Counted from the stretch's first letter, positions 47,891 through 57,336 are shown. The stretch is DNA of 64,000 bases from Alkalispirochaeta sp. (GCA_965601925.1 OZ271854.1:64001-128000); one strand, 5' to 3'. Notes: generated by a model from the letters alone, not told the origin. Translations and numbers: made by a program.

Positions 47891-50308
47891 TCACAACACG
47901 TGTTCGGTCCGGGCGATGATGTCGTCTTGGGCGTCGGGCGAGAGAACGTTGAAAAATGCCGAGTACCCGGCGACGCGCACTACGAGATCCCGATACTCTT
48001 CCGGATTCTTCTGAGCCGCGAGCAACGTTTTGCGATCGACGACGTTATACTGCACGTGCCATCCCTTGAGACCGACGAAAAAGGTCCGCAGCATCGCCGA
48101 GAGCTTCCGCAGATTGGCCGGCTCGTCCAGGATTGAGGGCGAAAGCTTCTGGTTGAGAAGTACACCACCCAGGATTTTTTCGGTCGGGAGCTTACCGATC
48201 GACTGGAATACCGCCGTGGGTCCCGAGATGTCGGTCGCCCCCGAGGGCGAGCTCCCCTCGGCAAGAGGCGTCCACGCACGTCTACCGTCCGGCGTTGCGG
48301 GCACGACCGCTCCGGAGGGTACATTTGCCGAGATACTTGATGTTCCGGCAAAGTAGCGGCATCCGACCGGCCCGCGTCCGGCACGGATCGTCCTGTACTG
48401 TTCCAGCTCGTCGATGTAGACGACGTAGGCGTCGCGTACCAAGGTATCGACATAGTCGTCGTCGTTACCGAACTTGGGCACCTCGTCCAAAATCGTGCGA
48501 CGCAACGCCTCGCCCTCGCTTCCGGCGAAATCGTTGTCCAGGTGACGTTTGAGCTCGCTCCCGGTAACGACTCGATCCTCGAAGACGAGCTTCTTGATGG
48601 TCGCCAAGGAGTTACCGAGGTTGGCGATCCCGACCTGCAAGCCCGAGACGAAATCGTACTTCGATCCGCCCTCGTGGATCGTCTTGCCGCGTCCCAGGCA
48701 ATCGTCGACAAAGGTTGAGCACAAGATGTCCGGCGCCTCCTCCTCCAACACTACGTCGATGGCCGAGTCGATCGCGACACCGGCGCGGGCGTAGTGGGCG
48801 ACCTGCCCCTTCCAAGCCGCCATGACCTCGTCAAATGAGGCGAACGTCTCCAGAGAGCCGGCCGCGGGAAAGAACGTCTCGCCGGAGACTGTATCGGTAC
48901 CACCGTTCATCGCAGCGAGAAAGACGCGCATGAAGTTGAGAAAGTGCTTGCCCGTGGTGCGGTATCCCCACTTTCCGGGTACCCCTACCTCGATACACCC
49001 GATGGCGGAGTAGTCGTAGGCATCGTCCCGCGTTACTCCCAGTTTCATGAACGAAGGAATGACGATCTCGTCGTTGTTAAAGGCGGGCATGCCGAAGCCC
49101 TTTCGGACTACCGTGAGGCACGCCTCGAGAAAGTCGTCGGAGATGCCGCTATGGAAGCGTACCGAGAGGTTGGGTTGGGTGATGCGCGTTTCACCGACGG
49201 AGTTGAGTATGAGATAACTCAACTCATTGACCGCGTCGCCTCCATCGGGATGCTGACCGCCGATCGTCACGTTCTGATACAGAGGACTCCCGGCGGAAAA
49301 CCGCGTGTGCGACCACGACCGAATCTTGTTGACGGACAGAAGTTTGATCCACGTGTTCTCCAGGAGCTCCATCGCGTCCGCCGGGGTAATCCTGCCGGCG
49401 GCCCGGTCGTCCCTGTAGAAGGGATACAGGTACTGATCCATACGCCCTAAAGACATCGAGTGACCGTTGCTCTCGATCTGGAGGGCGAGTTGTACGAAAT
49501 AGGTGAGCTGCAACGCCTGACGGAACGTCTCGGGCGGCCGGTGCGCGATGTGTCGACACACTTCGGAAATCTCCGCGAGCTCCCCCCGTCTATCCGTATC
49601 GTCGTGTTTGGCCGCCCGTTCCTCGGCGAGGTCGGCAAATCGGAGGATAAATGCCTGGAGCGCTCCCAAACCGGTGAGGACCGCCTCGTAGAAGGTGCGC
49701 CGCTTGATTCCCCCCCGCGTCGTCGCATCGACGTTTTGCAGGTGATCGAGGACGCGGTCCACGTACCGATCGAGCCCGTCTGCGAGAATCCGTCGGTCGT
49801 CCACGGCGATGTGGGCGTCGCCGGAGGTGAGATTGCCCTCGGCGCGAATGATGCCGGCACGATGAATGGAACGCAACGTCTCGCCCATGAGCGCTCTACC
49901 CTTGTCGAGGGTCGTCTTTCCGCGCCAGAAGGAACAGATTTCCGACAACTCCTCCTTGACCTCCGCAGTCGGGTAAAACCGGTCGCCGGGACGCTTCTCG
50001 AACTCGTCGATTTCACGCTCGATCCACTCGACCGCGTACTCGGGAAAGATCGGCGCCGCCCGCAGCATCGAGGAGTGGTTACCGACGATGAGCGCGCCAT
50101 CCTCGATGAATATCCTCATCTCCCGCAGGGTGCGATCCAAGGCGAGGGCGCGACGGACGATTACCGGTTTGTCGGGATGGTCTCGGTACACCTCGGTATA
50201 GATACGCGCGCGGTCGGTACAGATCGTCGAGCGAGCGTTCAACACCTCGTTTCTGAGTTTCTCGATGCGCGGGGTAAATCCGGTTACCTGTGAGACGAGA
50301 GTATTCAT
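47891..50308 (-). CDS. ybiW: Glycyl radical enzyme, YbiW (PflF)-like
   Basis: RAAPIFPEY, EGNLTSGDAH, ESNGHS, SAGSPLYQN, IGCIE, GTSSISANVP, GGVLLNQK, RVAGYSAFF; collinear with E. coli YbiW as I remember it. Confidence 0.92.
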   Translation of the reverse strand: MNTLVSQVTGFTPRIEKLRNEVLNARSTICTDRARIYTEVYRDHPDKPVIVRRALALDRTLREMRIFIEDGALIVGNHSSMLRAAPIFPEYAVEWIEREIDEFEKRPGDRFYPTAEVKEELSEICSFWRGKTTLDKGRALMGETLRSIHRAGIIRAEGNLTSGDAHIAVDDRRILADGLDRYVDRVLDHLQNVDATTRGGIKRRTFYEAVLTGLGALQAFILRFADLAEERAAKHDDTDRRGELAEISEVCRHIAHRPPETFRQALQLTYFVQLALQIESNGHSMSLGRMDQYLYPFYRDDRAAGRITPADAMELLENTWIKLLSVNKIRSWSHTRFSAGSPLYQNVTIGGQHPDGGDAVNELSYLILNSVGETRITQPNLSVRFHSGISDDFLEACLTVVRKGFGMPAFNNDEIVIPSFMKLGVTRDDAYDYSAIGCIEVGVPGKWGYRTTGKHFLNFMRVFLAAMNGGTDTVSGETFFPAAGSLETFASFDEVMAAWKGQVAHYARAGVAIDSAIDVVLEEEAPDILCSTFVDDCLGRGKTIHEGGSKYDFVSGLQVGIANLGNSLATIKKLVFEDRVVTGSELKRHLDNDFAGSEGEALRRTILDEVPKFGNDDDYVDTLVRDAYVVYIDELEQYRTIRAGRGPVGCRYFAGTSSISANVPSGAVVPATPDGRRAWTPLAEGSSPSGATDISGPTAVFQSIGKLPTEKILGGVLLNQKLSPSILDEPANLRKLSAMLRTFFVGLKGWHVQYNVVDRKTLLAAQKNPEEYRDLVVRVAGYSAFFNVLSPDAQDDIIARTEHVL

Positions 50309-50314
50309 AGGTAA

Positions 50315-50363
50315 AGCCTATCACAAGCTTCAAATGTAAGTCAAATAATATCAAATGAAAGTT
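50315..50363 (-). promoter_or_regulatory. Leaderless-type promoter of the ybiW-like gene with three phased operator repeats
   Basis: Minus strand TTGACT, 18 bp, TAGGCT, 6 nt, ATG. TCAAAT at 50330, 50341 and 50351. TCAAATGAAAGTT (50351-50363) is identical to 3840-3852. Confidence 0.75.
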
Positions 50364-50485
50364 CGATGAGGAAATTCCGTCGTGTAGGGCACACGCTTCG
50401 CCCGCGCGAATCGCAGCGCGTCGGTGATGAATGTATGATCCGCGCCGAGACGCCACGCCGATCGCGGTCGACGCGTCTCCGATGC

Positions 50486-50932
50486 CTATTCGTTCCCGCC
50501 GCCCTCGCCCATTGCGGAGTGCTCCAGGGAGTATCGGATCAGCTCCCGCAGCACCTGCTCGTCCACATCGGATAAGCGCTTAATGTAGAGGCACGCCTTG
50601 CCCGTTTTGTGCTTGCCTAGGCGGCCGAATATCTCCTTTGCGGCGGGATCGTCGGAGTAGCCGGGACTTCCGTCCGCGAGATAGACGGTGATGTTCTGTT
50701 TGCGTGGAGAGAATCCGATGCGAAACCACTCACCGCTCCGTCCGGAGGCGTAGGTATAGCGATACAGGCCGAACCCGATCATCGTATCGCCCCACATCAC
50801 CGGCGCCTCACCGGAGAGCTCACCCATCATATCGAGGAGGCGAAGACAGTCCGAACGCTTCTCGTCGTCGTCAACGGCCTCGATAAACGCTTTAGGATCG
50901 GCGCCGTTGGGTTGTGTTTTGAGTTCCGCCAT
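50486..50932 (-). CDS. DUF1801 (YdhG-like) protein
   Basis: MWGDTMIGFG.Y.Y.Y.SGRSGEW, GFSPRK, LGKHKTGKACLYIK. Confidence 0.88.
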   Translation of the reverse strand: MAELKTQPNGADPKAFIEAVDDDEKRSDCLRLLDMMGELSGEAPVMWGDTMIGFGLYRYTYASGRSGEWFRIGFSPRKQNITVYLADGSPGYSDDPAAKEIFGRLGKHKTGKACLYIKRLSDVDEQVLRELIRYSLEHSAMGEGGGNE

Positions 50933-51023
50933 ACCGAAATCCTCCGGGAGTGCGTCGACCGACCGGCGGAACGCGGCGCGCTACCCGGTGGGCACCGACG
51001 ATTCGCTTCGGGTCGACGGTATG

Positions 51024-51326
51024 TTAGATAAACTCGATCGCGTATCCGGGGAAGGTCTTCTCAAACTCCGAGACCAGCTCCCTCCGGATGCCCTGAATAA
51101 TCGTCATTGCGATACCGGCGCAGGCGAGGCACGTCGGCGTATGGGCGTCAAAGGGTACGTCGAGATAGATGTGACGATGTTCGGTGCTCACCCGTACGCG
51201 TCGCACCAACCCCAGAGCCGCAACGGACAACCCGCTCTCCGGATCTCTGACTCGCCCCACGATATCGTCGATCGCCTCCTGAACCGCCGGGTCAGGGAGG
51301 GCGCCGGCGCTCTCTGTCCGTTTCAT
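51024..51326 (-). CDS. DUF59/MIP18-like (FeS_assembly_P) small protein with CxxC
   Basis: VRDPESGLSVAALGLV, TPTCLAC. Confidence 0.7.
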   Translation of the reverse strand: MKRTESAGALPDPAVQEAIDDIVGRVRDPESGLSVAALGLVRRVRVSTEHRHIYLDVPFDAHTPTCLACAGIAMTIIQGIRRELVSEFEKTFPGYAIEFI

Positions 51327-51678
51327 GGAATGTAGTATACCACGCTCCTATTCGGCCATGGCGAGGAGGTCGGCGACCGCAACCGTTCCCGCCAGGGGAA
51401 TCTCTCGCGCCTCATACGGGAACACGGCCCTCGCCGCCTGGAGGCCGGCGTGCTCCGGCGGCAATCCTGCGCCGATCTCTCTCCGCGCTTGCGCGGCCCA
51501 ATCGCGACAGCGTCGCGCGCCCGGCACGTGCACCAATCCATACTTCTCCCGTAGTGCGACGGGCATTCCGGCGTTCATGCCGTCATTGTGCCGAGGAGGT
51601 CGAAAAATGACAACGTATCGATACGAGACGGAGGCGCCACTGTACCGCCGTCGCGCGCATTGCGTACAATCTCAGTAG

Positions 51679-52089
51679 ATGGATAACGTCATATTGCACG
51701 GCCTCGATTACTTCTTTCTCGTCTTTCACGCCGGCGTAACGGTATTCAACCTCATCGGATGGGCCTGGCGGAGAACCCGCCTCGCGAACTTGATGAGCCT
51801 CGCGTTGACCGGAGGCTCATGGTTCATCCTGGGAATCTTTTACGGTGTCGGTTACTGTCCGCTCACCGATTGGCACTGGCGCGTGCTTCACCGTCTCGGC
51901 CGAACCGATCTACCACGTAGCTACATCACATACCTCATCGATAGAATCATCGGAATATCCGTTGAGGGAGCGTTCGTGGAGCGCTGGACGGGGATTCTCT
52001 TCTTCGTCGCCCTCGCCCTGTCGATCTTCCTAAACGCGAAGGGGCGGAGAGTCGCGAGGCGCAACCATGCTCATACCGGACGGTTGTAG
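51679..52089 (+). CDS. DUF2784 family membrane protein
   Basis: FH....FNLIGW, GYCPLTDW, SYITY. Confidence 0.8.
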   Translation: MDNVILHGLDYFFLVFHAGVTVFNLIGWAWRRTRLANLMSLALTGGSWFILGIFYGVGYCPLTDWHWRVLHRLGRTDLPRSYITYLIDRIIGISVEGAFVERWTGILFFVALALSIFLNAKGRRVARRNHAHTGRL

Positions 52090-52233
52090 GATCTACCGAT
52101 AACGGCGCGGCGTGAAGATCGCGGTCCGTATCGTCCCTGTGCATCGCCACCGCAATGTGCATCTACAAACTATTGCCGAGCCGTATATATGATTATTATG
52201 ATAAACAATAGCGCGATACCGAAAGGAGTGAAT

Positions 52234-53007
52234 ATGAGAAGACGATCCGGACGGTCCATAGCGGTGACGGTCGATCGGCGAACGGCGCAAAGAGAGACTG
52301 TACGAAGAATGCTCCTCGCTGCAGTCGTCTTTGTCTTCCTTCTCCTCACCACCTCGATCGAAGCACATGATATTGTTATCGATTTTGACACCAGCATCGA
52401 TGATTGGGAGGAGCTCACATTTCCCCAAGTCGAAAACCGCAGCGAGTACTCGGTCGACGAGAAGGACGGCCGATCCGTCCTCAAGGTGAGCTCAGACCGA
52501 TCGGCCTCGGGAATCATCTATCGACAAGCCTTCAACGTTCATGACACGCCCTGGCTGGAGTGGACGTGGCTTGCCGGAAACGTCATTGAGACCGGAGACG
52601 CACGAGAACGGAGCGGCGACGACTATCCCATTCGCTTGTATGTGGTTTTCGAATATGATCCCTCCAACGTTCAATTCGGTGAACGCCTCCAGTACACCGC
52701 CGCGAGACTCATATACGGCGAGTATCCGCCTTCGGCCAGCTTGAGTTACATCTTCAACAACCGACCACATTCCGAGAGAATCATCCCCAACCCGTTTACC
52801 GAAAGAGCGCAGATGTTCGTCATGGAGTCGGGTCCGAGTGCCGTGGGTACGTGGCGGACCCACCGCGTCAACATGCTCGAGGATTATCGAGAGGCGTTCG
52901 GCGAAGAGCCGCCGCTTCGCGCTACGCTCGCGGTAATGGGTGATACGGACAACACCGGTGCGTCGGCCAGCGCGTACGTGGACTACGTTCGCATCTCTAT
53001 GGATTGA
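52234..53007 (+). CDS. DUF3047 family exported protein
   Basis: AAGGAG RBS; SASG, GDDYPIRLYVVF, NPFT, W....VN...DY..AFGEEP, MGDTDNT. Confidence 0.85.
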   Translation: MRRRSGRSIAVTVDRRTAQRETVRRMLLAAVVFVFLLLTTSIEAHDIVIDFDTSIDDWEELTFPQVENRSEYSVDEKDGRSVLKVSSDRSASGIIYRQAFNVHDTPWLEWTWLAGNVIETGDARERSGDDYPIRLYVVFEYDPSNVQFGERLQYTAARLIYGEYPPSASLSYIFNNRPHSERIIPNPFTERAQMFVMESGPSAVGTWRTHRVNMLEDYREAFGEEPPLRATLAVMGDTDNTGASASAYVDYVRISMD

Positions 53008-53060
53008 GGGAGAGTCGCGGTTGACGGCGTCGCCGAAGTACCACCGACTCTACCGCACCG

Positions 53061-53438
53061 TTACGATATGTACTCCGATCGGGCCAGAAACGCCCGCCAT
53101 TCGTCATCGGACATTGTATCGATAAACAGACTCCACAAGTCGTTTTCGGAGACGTCGCGATACCGGGTGGGATCGCTTTTCGTCATGGCGTCTATGCCGT
53201 CCATAGCCTCAAAGACGATTCTCGGAAACCAGAGCGGTATGTAGTCATACCGTCCGAAGGCGTATCGCCGCTGCATCTCGGCATCTGAAAACATGGGCTC
53301 GTTGATCGATTCCATGATTTTGAAGTAGTAGATTCTGATCCTCTCTCTCGTGCACATGTCACTCGTAGAGATCTGTCGTTCAACCCGACCCCGCAAGAAG
53401 AAGAGGAAGTCTTTCACATCCCTGCGTCCGACATTCAT
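53061..53438 (-). CDS. Hypothetical protein (125 aa)
   Basis: Protein-like composition and GGGGG RBS-like site. No recognised motif. Confidence 0.55.
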   Translation of the reverse strand: MNVGRRDVKDFLFFLRGRVERQISTSDMCTRERIRIYYFKIMESINEPMFSDAEMQRRYAFGRYDYIPLWFPRIVFEAMDGIDAMTKSDPTRYRDVSENDLWSLFIDTMSDDEWRAFLARSEYIS

Positions 53439-53471
53439 ACTGTGCCCCCGAACAAACTTTTACATTACAGG

Positions 53472-53502
53472 CAATTTCAAAAATCGGCGATTTTTGAAAT
53501 TG
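53472..53502. repeat. 31-bp palindrome (15-bp perfect arms) in an AT-rich tract
   Basis: CAATTTCAAAAATCG-G-CGATTTTTGAAATTG. Confidence 0.85.
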
Positions 53503-54142
53503 TCAAGGCCTTTAGAAATCATAATTATATACCATGTATATAATTATGATTTCGACCCGTTATTGAGGCTCTTGCAAAATACAATTTCGAAAGAGCCTCA
53601 TTATCGACTTTTTTACGCGGGCTTCGTGGTGTCACACGGCAGTTTCGCCACGTACTTTTCGTAGGGAACCGTGTGTCATGCACTATCCGGATCGCGCCGC
53701 CGGACACGTGTGCATTCGACGCTGCACATCTTCGAACTGCTCTAACTAATTATGTATTAAACTTTTACGGCAAACGAAACACGACAGGGGAACACTCTTT
53801 TTACATTTCCAGCTCAGCCGCTTCGTTTCCGGGTTCGGCTGCGCCATACGGTATGGTCGGAACGACCGTTCATCCACATTGACGAACACACTTCTATTCA
53901 TGCACGGAGCATTCCCGAGCGTATGACTAAGCAATATCAGTCTAGCACGGCGAAAACCGCACGTCAACGCCATTCATAGGCGATATCCCCGTTCACCCAC
54001 GCCGACGTCCAGGGCCGGGGGACGACACGAAGCCCCCTTTCGCCCAGGCGCCTCGCGTCGATGGAATCCGGCTTGGACGCCCGTCGGCACAGCCTCGACG
54101 AGCAAGAAGAGTATTTGTCTCTTGTGCACCGTCGCGGACCGA

Positions 54143-54670
54143 TCATCTATTCCCGAACAGCAACAACAGTCCCGCCGAGGAGAGTAGGACCGAGTACGGT
54201 GCGAGTCGGTGCGTCGTCCGCACCCAACCCGGTCGGTCGGGTTCGATAGTGAGAAGCGCTCCCGTCGCGATGGCGCCGGCAAAACAGAGATTCATGACTA
54301 CCGTTGCGGCGACCTCCGTCCGCGTCAACGGCTCGATCCGATGCATCTGAACGGCCGTATAATTGAGGAGTCCCAGATTCGCCACGGCGGTGAGTTTATG
54401 TCCGGTTAACAGCCAGTCGTCGGGCGACTCATCGCCGCCGCTCATGCTATAGCCGGTCAGGACGGTCGGAATGAAGAGTGCGGCGGAGACCGCGGCGGTC
54501 AGCGCGATATTGGGCGGCGCGTCGCCGGTGAGTCCCAACCCGCGCGCACGCTCATCGGCCGCCGCTTCGATCGGTGGGACGCATAGCGCCAGGGTGATAA
54601 GGCATATCGGTACGAGACGGACGTGCGCGGCGCAAGCCGCCGGCACATTGCGAAGATGTCGGATATTCAT
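54143..54670 (-). CDS. Hypothetical membrane protein (signal plus about 4 TM, His in two helices)
   Basis: GGAGG RBS. Hydrophobic helices with GHK and THR. Confidence 0.65.
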   Translation of the reverse strand: MNIRHLRNVPAACAAHVRLVPICLITLALCVPPIEAAADERARGLGLTGDAPPNIALTAAVSAALFIPTVLTGYSMSGGDESPDDWLLTGHKLTAVANLGLLNYTAVQMHRIEPLTRTEVAATVVMNLCFAGAIATGALLTIEPDRPGWVRTTHRLAPYSVLLSSAGLLLLFGNR

Positions 54671-54754
54671 GGTACCTCCGGGATATATAAGCGCTTCCGA
54701 CGCCGCGACACGGGGCGCACCGCGGTCGCCGGAGGGCATTTCGTGTGAGGGGGC

Positions 54755-55219
54755 TTACTGCGAGAACGCGGCGACGAACGACGCCATCGCCTCACGATGG
54801 ACACGGCTGTAGCTCGCCGTTACACCGGCCTTTTTCCTGAGGACAAACCGCATCAGCGGACCGAAATCGCCGATGTCGAGCTCCCCGCCGAAGCACGAAC
54901 GACATACGGCGTGTGCCAGCACGTCGGCCGGAATGTTGGCGTGGAAGTGGTCTGAGGTCTCCTCACCGCAACAGACAAAGAGACCGATTCGCTTGGTCAG
55001 AAGCGTCGAACGATGCTTCCGCAAAAAGCGGCGAACCGCGACGTGGATCTTTCCCGCCCATATAGAAGAGCCGATCGCGACGGCTTCATATCGGGACAGG
55101 TCGACGCGCTCGGCATTGCGGGCGTCCACAGCCTCGCAATCACTCATCATAGCGGCGAGTTCTTCGGCGCGACGTTTGGTGCTCCCTTTACGGGAGCCGT
55201 AGAGAATCAACGTACTCAT
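54755..55219 (-). CDS. Flavodoxin-domain protein (HemG/Flavodoxin_5-like)
   Basis: LILYGSRKGST, IGSSIWAG, GLFVCC, FGG. AAGGAGG RBS. Confidence 0.88.
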   Translation of the reverse strand: MSTLILYGSRKGSTKRRAEELAAMMSDCEAVDARNAERVDLSRYEAVAIGSSIWAGKIHVAVRRFLRKHRSTLLTKRIGLFVCCGEETSDHFHANIPADVLAHAVCRSCFGGELDIGDFGPLMRFVLRKKAGVTASYSRVHREAMASFVAAFSQ

Positions 55220-55281
55220 CGATTCCTCCTTCATAGGTTTCTCTACACCTTTGTGGCGAAATCGACCGAAAACGTTACGGC

Positions 55282-56124
55282 CTATGAGCGGTTTTTGATG
55301 ATATGTTCCAACGTTTTGCGACCCTTGAAGTCGAGCATAGGAAAGGCGCCGACGATATCGCGCTCGCTTTCGATGGTATGAGCGATCCGGTCGGCGACCT
55401 GTCGATTGTATTCGGGCCTGCCGGTACGGACGGCGAGCGTCTTGGCAAGCGAGGGATATGTGTGCAGCGCATATGCGGCTCTGCTCTCGCAACGGCACGG
55501 ATTCTTCGGATCGATCCAGGAACAGCGCTCGGCAAAGTGACGGCGGAGGTTGTCGCGGGCGCGAGCGAGGCGCGAGCGTACGACATCCTCGCTAACGTCG
55601 AGGAGATAGGCGACGTCGCGGTAGCTAAACTCGAATAGGTCGCGCAGCAGGAGCGTAACGCGCTGTTCGTCGGTGAGGCGAAAGGTGACGAACCAGTGAC
55701 ACTTCTCACGGATCTCGGCGATGAGGGCCTTCTCTACGAGCTCATCGACGGGATCACGGGATTCGGCCGCGCCGGCGACATCGTTGCGCGGGTCGGCTAT
55801 CGGTCCATCTCGACTCGACTGCGCCCGATCCAATGAACTGAGCGCCGCGACGGCGTTCGCGCGTGCGTCGGCATCCCGCATGTGGCGTAGAGATGTGCGG
55901 AGCGTTACTTTGTATGCCCAGGTGTACGGAGAGCTCATTCCCCGAAAACGGGGCAACGCCTTCATGATCTCTATCATGCTCTCCTGCAGGAGATCCTCCG
56001 CGAGTTCGGCATCTCCGCAGATACGGTAGGCGAGGTTGTACAGTCGCTTGCCGTGGCGCGTCAGAATCGACTCTACGGTACACGGCTCATCGGGTCTTTC
56101 CTCCGTACTGAGGTCACCGGCCAT
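55282..56124 (-). CDS. ECF sigma-70 factor with Cys-rich C-terminal extension
   Basis: AEDLLQE, FRGMSS..TWAY, region 4 VRSRLARAR, then CSWIDPKNPCRC. Start placed at ATG 56124 (ORF track gives 56247). Confidence 0.9.
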   Translation of the reverse strand: MAGDLSTEERPDEPCTVESILTRHGKRLYNLAYRICGDAELAEDLLQESMIEIMKALPRFRGMSSPYTWAYKVTLRTSLRHMRDADARANAVAALSSLDRAQSSRDGPIADPRNDVAGAAESRDPVDELVEKALIAEIREKCHWFVTFRLTDEQRVTLLLRDLFEFSYRDVAYLLDVSEDVVRSRLARARDNLRRHFAERCSWIDPKNPCRCESRAAYALHTYPSLAKTLAVRTGRPEYNRQVADRIAHTIESERDIVGAFPMLDFKGRKTLEHIIKNRS

Positions 56125-56239
56125 AACGTTCAATTGTACCACGGCTGCTTCGCCGTGGCGGCCTACCGTCGGTGTCGGGAACGGGCGATCTCCATCGATG
56201 CCGGCGGAAAAGACATCCGCGATCGTCTCGGCATCCCCG

Positions 56240-56713
56240 TCAATCACCGACCCCGAGCCGAGCGGACATCAACATGAACCGCTCCCGCGCCTCAAATCCC
56301 AGGGATCGGTACAAGGCGCGCGCCGGCGTGTTATCACGACTTACTTCGAGATGGAGCGCTCGTACTCCCTCATCGGCAGCCGTCGCCCGTATCCGGGAGA
56401 GAACCGACCGGCCGATGCCGCGGCCGCGATGGCTCGGGACGATAAAGAACTCATCGACGAATGCATCGCGCCCGGAAAACTCGATGCTATAGCCGAAGCA
56501 GACCGCGATGTAGCCGATGGGTGCCCCGTCGAGCACGATGAGCCAGATTCGTCCGAACCGTTCAGACCGTAACAGGGGCGCAACGGCGCGCTCGATCTCG
56601 GCGTGCTCGAAAGGCGGTGCTCCTTCAAACTCGTGATACGCCGCAACGAGACGTACCACAATGTCGGTGTCGTCCCGGCCGGCCGATCGGAGTACGATAT
56701 TGGATGGACTCAC
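56240..56713 (-). CDS. GNAT N-acetyltransferase
   Basis: VDEFFI, HRGRGIG, NTPARALYRSLGF. Confidence 0.92.
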   Translation of the reverse strand: MSPSNIVLRSAGRDDTDIVVRLVAAYHEFEGAPPFEHAEIERAVAPLLRSERFGRIWLIVLDGAPIGYIAVCFGYSIEFSGRDAFVDEFFIVPSHRGRGIGRSVLSRIRATAADEGVRALHLEVSRDNTPARALYRSLGFEARERFMLMSARLGVGD

Positions 56714-56790
56714 GGCTCAATACCTCCGTGCACATGGCGCCGAACTGTCGAACGCACGGTTCAGCGGATACGCGGCATCAGGGAGAGTGG

Positions 56791-57336
56791 TTACAAGGCG
56801 CTCCGCTCGGACTGTAACAACCCATAGTAGAGCATATCTCTCACCGTACCGTTCACGACAAAATGGTTCCGAATGGTGCCCTCAAGCGTGAAGCCCAACC
56901 TCGCCGCCAGTGCTTTGCTCTTTTCATTGTCGGCGGCACAGCAAATCACGATCTTATCCATCCCGTGCTCGTGAAAGAGATGGCGCATTAAGGCGATACA
57001 CGAGTCCTTGACGATCCCCCTCCCGGCGTAAGCCTCATCGATCATGTAGCCGATCTCCGCCCACTTCGCCTCTCGGTTAATCTCGCGCGCCAACACATAG
57101 GCGATCATACTCGGGCCGTCCCACAAGGTATAAAAGAGACCGAGGCCCTCCGCATATCGGGCGAGATTGCGAGCGATTAACGCATCAACGTCGCCGATAC
57201 CGGCGGTCTTACTCACGAACGGTATCCAATTTACGAAAAATGCTCTGTTTCTCTCAATGAAATCGAACATCGCCTCGGATTGTCCGACATCGAGCATTTT
57301 GATCGTGATACCGCTTCGCAGCGTACCGTGAACCAT
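56791..57336 (-). CDS. GNAT, RimJ/RimL type
   Basis: AEIGY, YAGRGI, NEKSKALAARLGFTLEG. Confidence 0.92.
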   Translation of the reverse strand: MVHGTLRSGITIKMLDVGQSEAMFDFIERNRAFFVNWIPFVSKTAGIGDVDALIARNLARYAEGLGLFYTLWDGPSMIAYVLAREINREAKWAEIGYMIDEAYAGRGIVKDSCIALMRHLFHEHGMDKIVICCAADNEKSKALAARLGFTLEGTIRNHFVVNGTVRDMLYYGLLQSERSAL

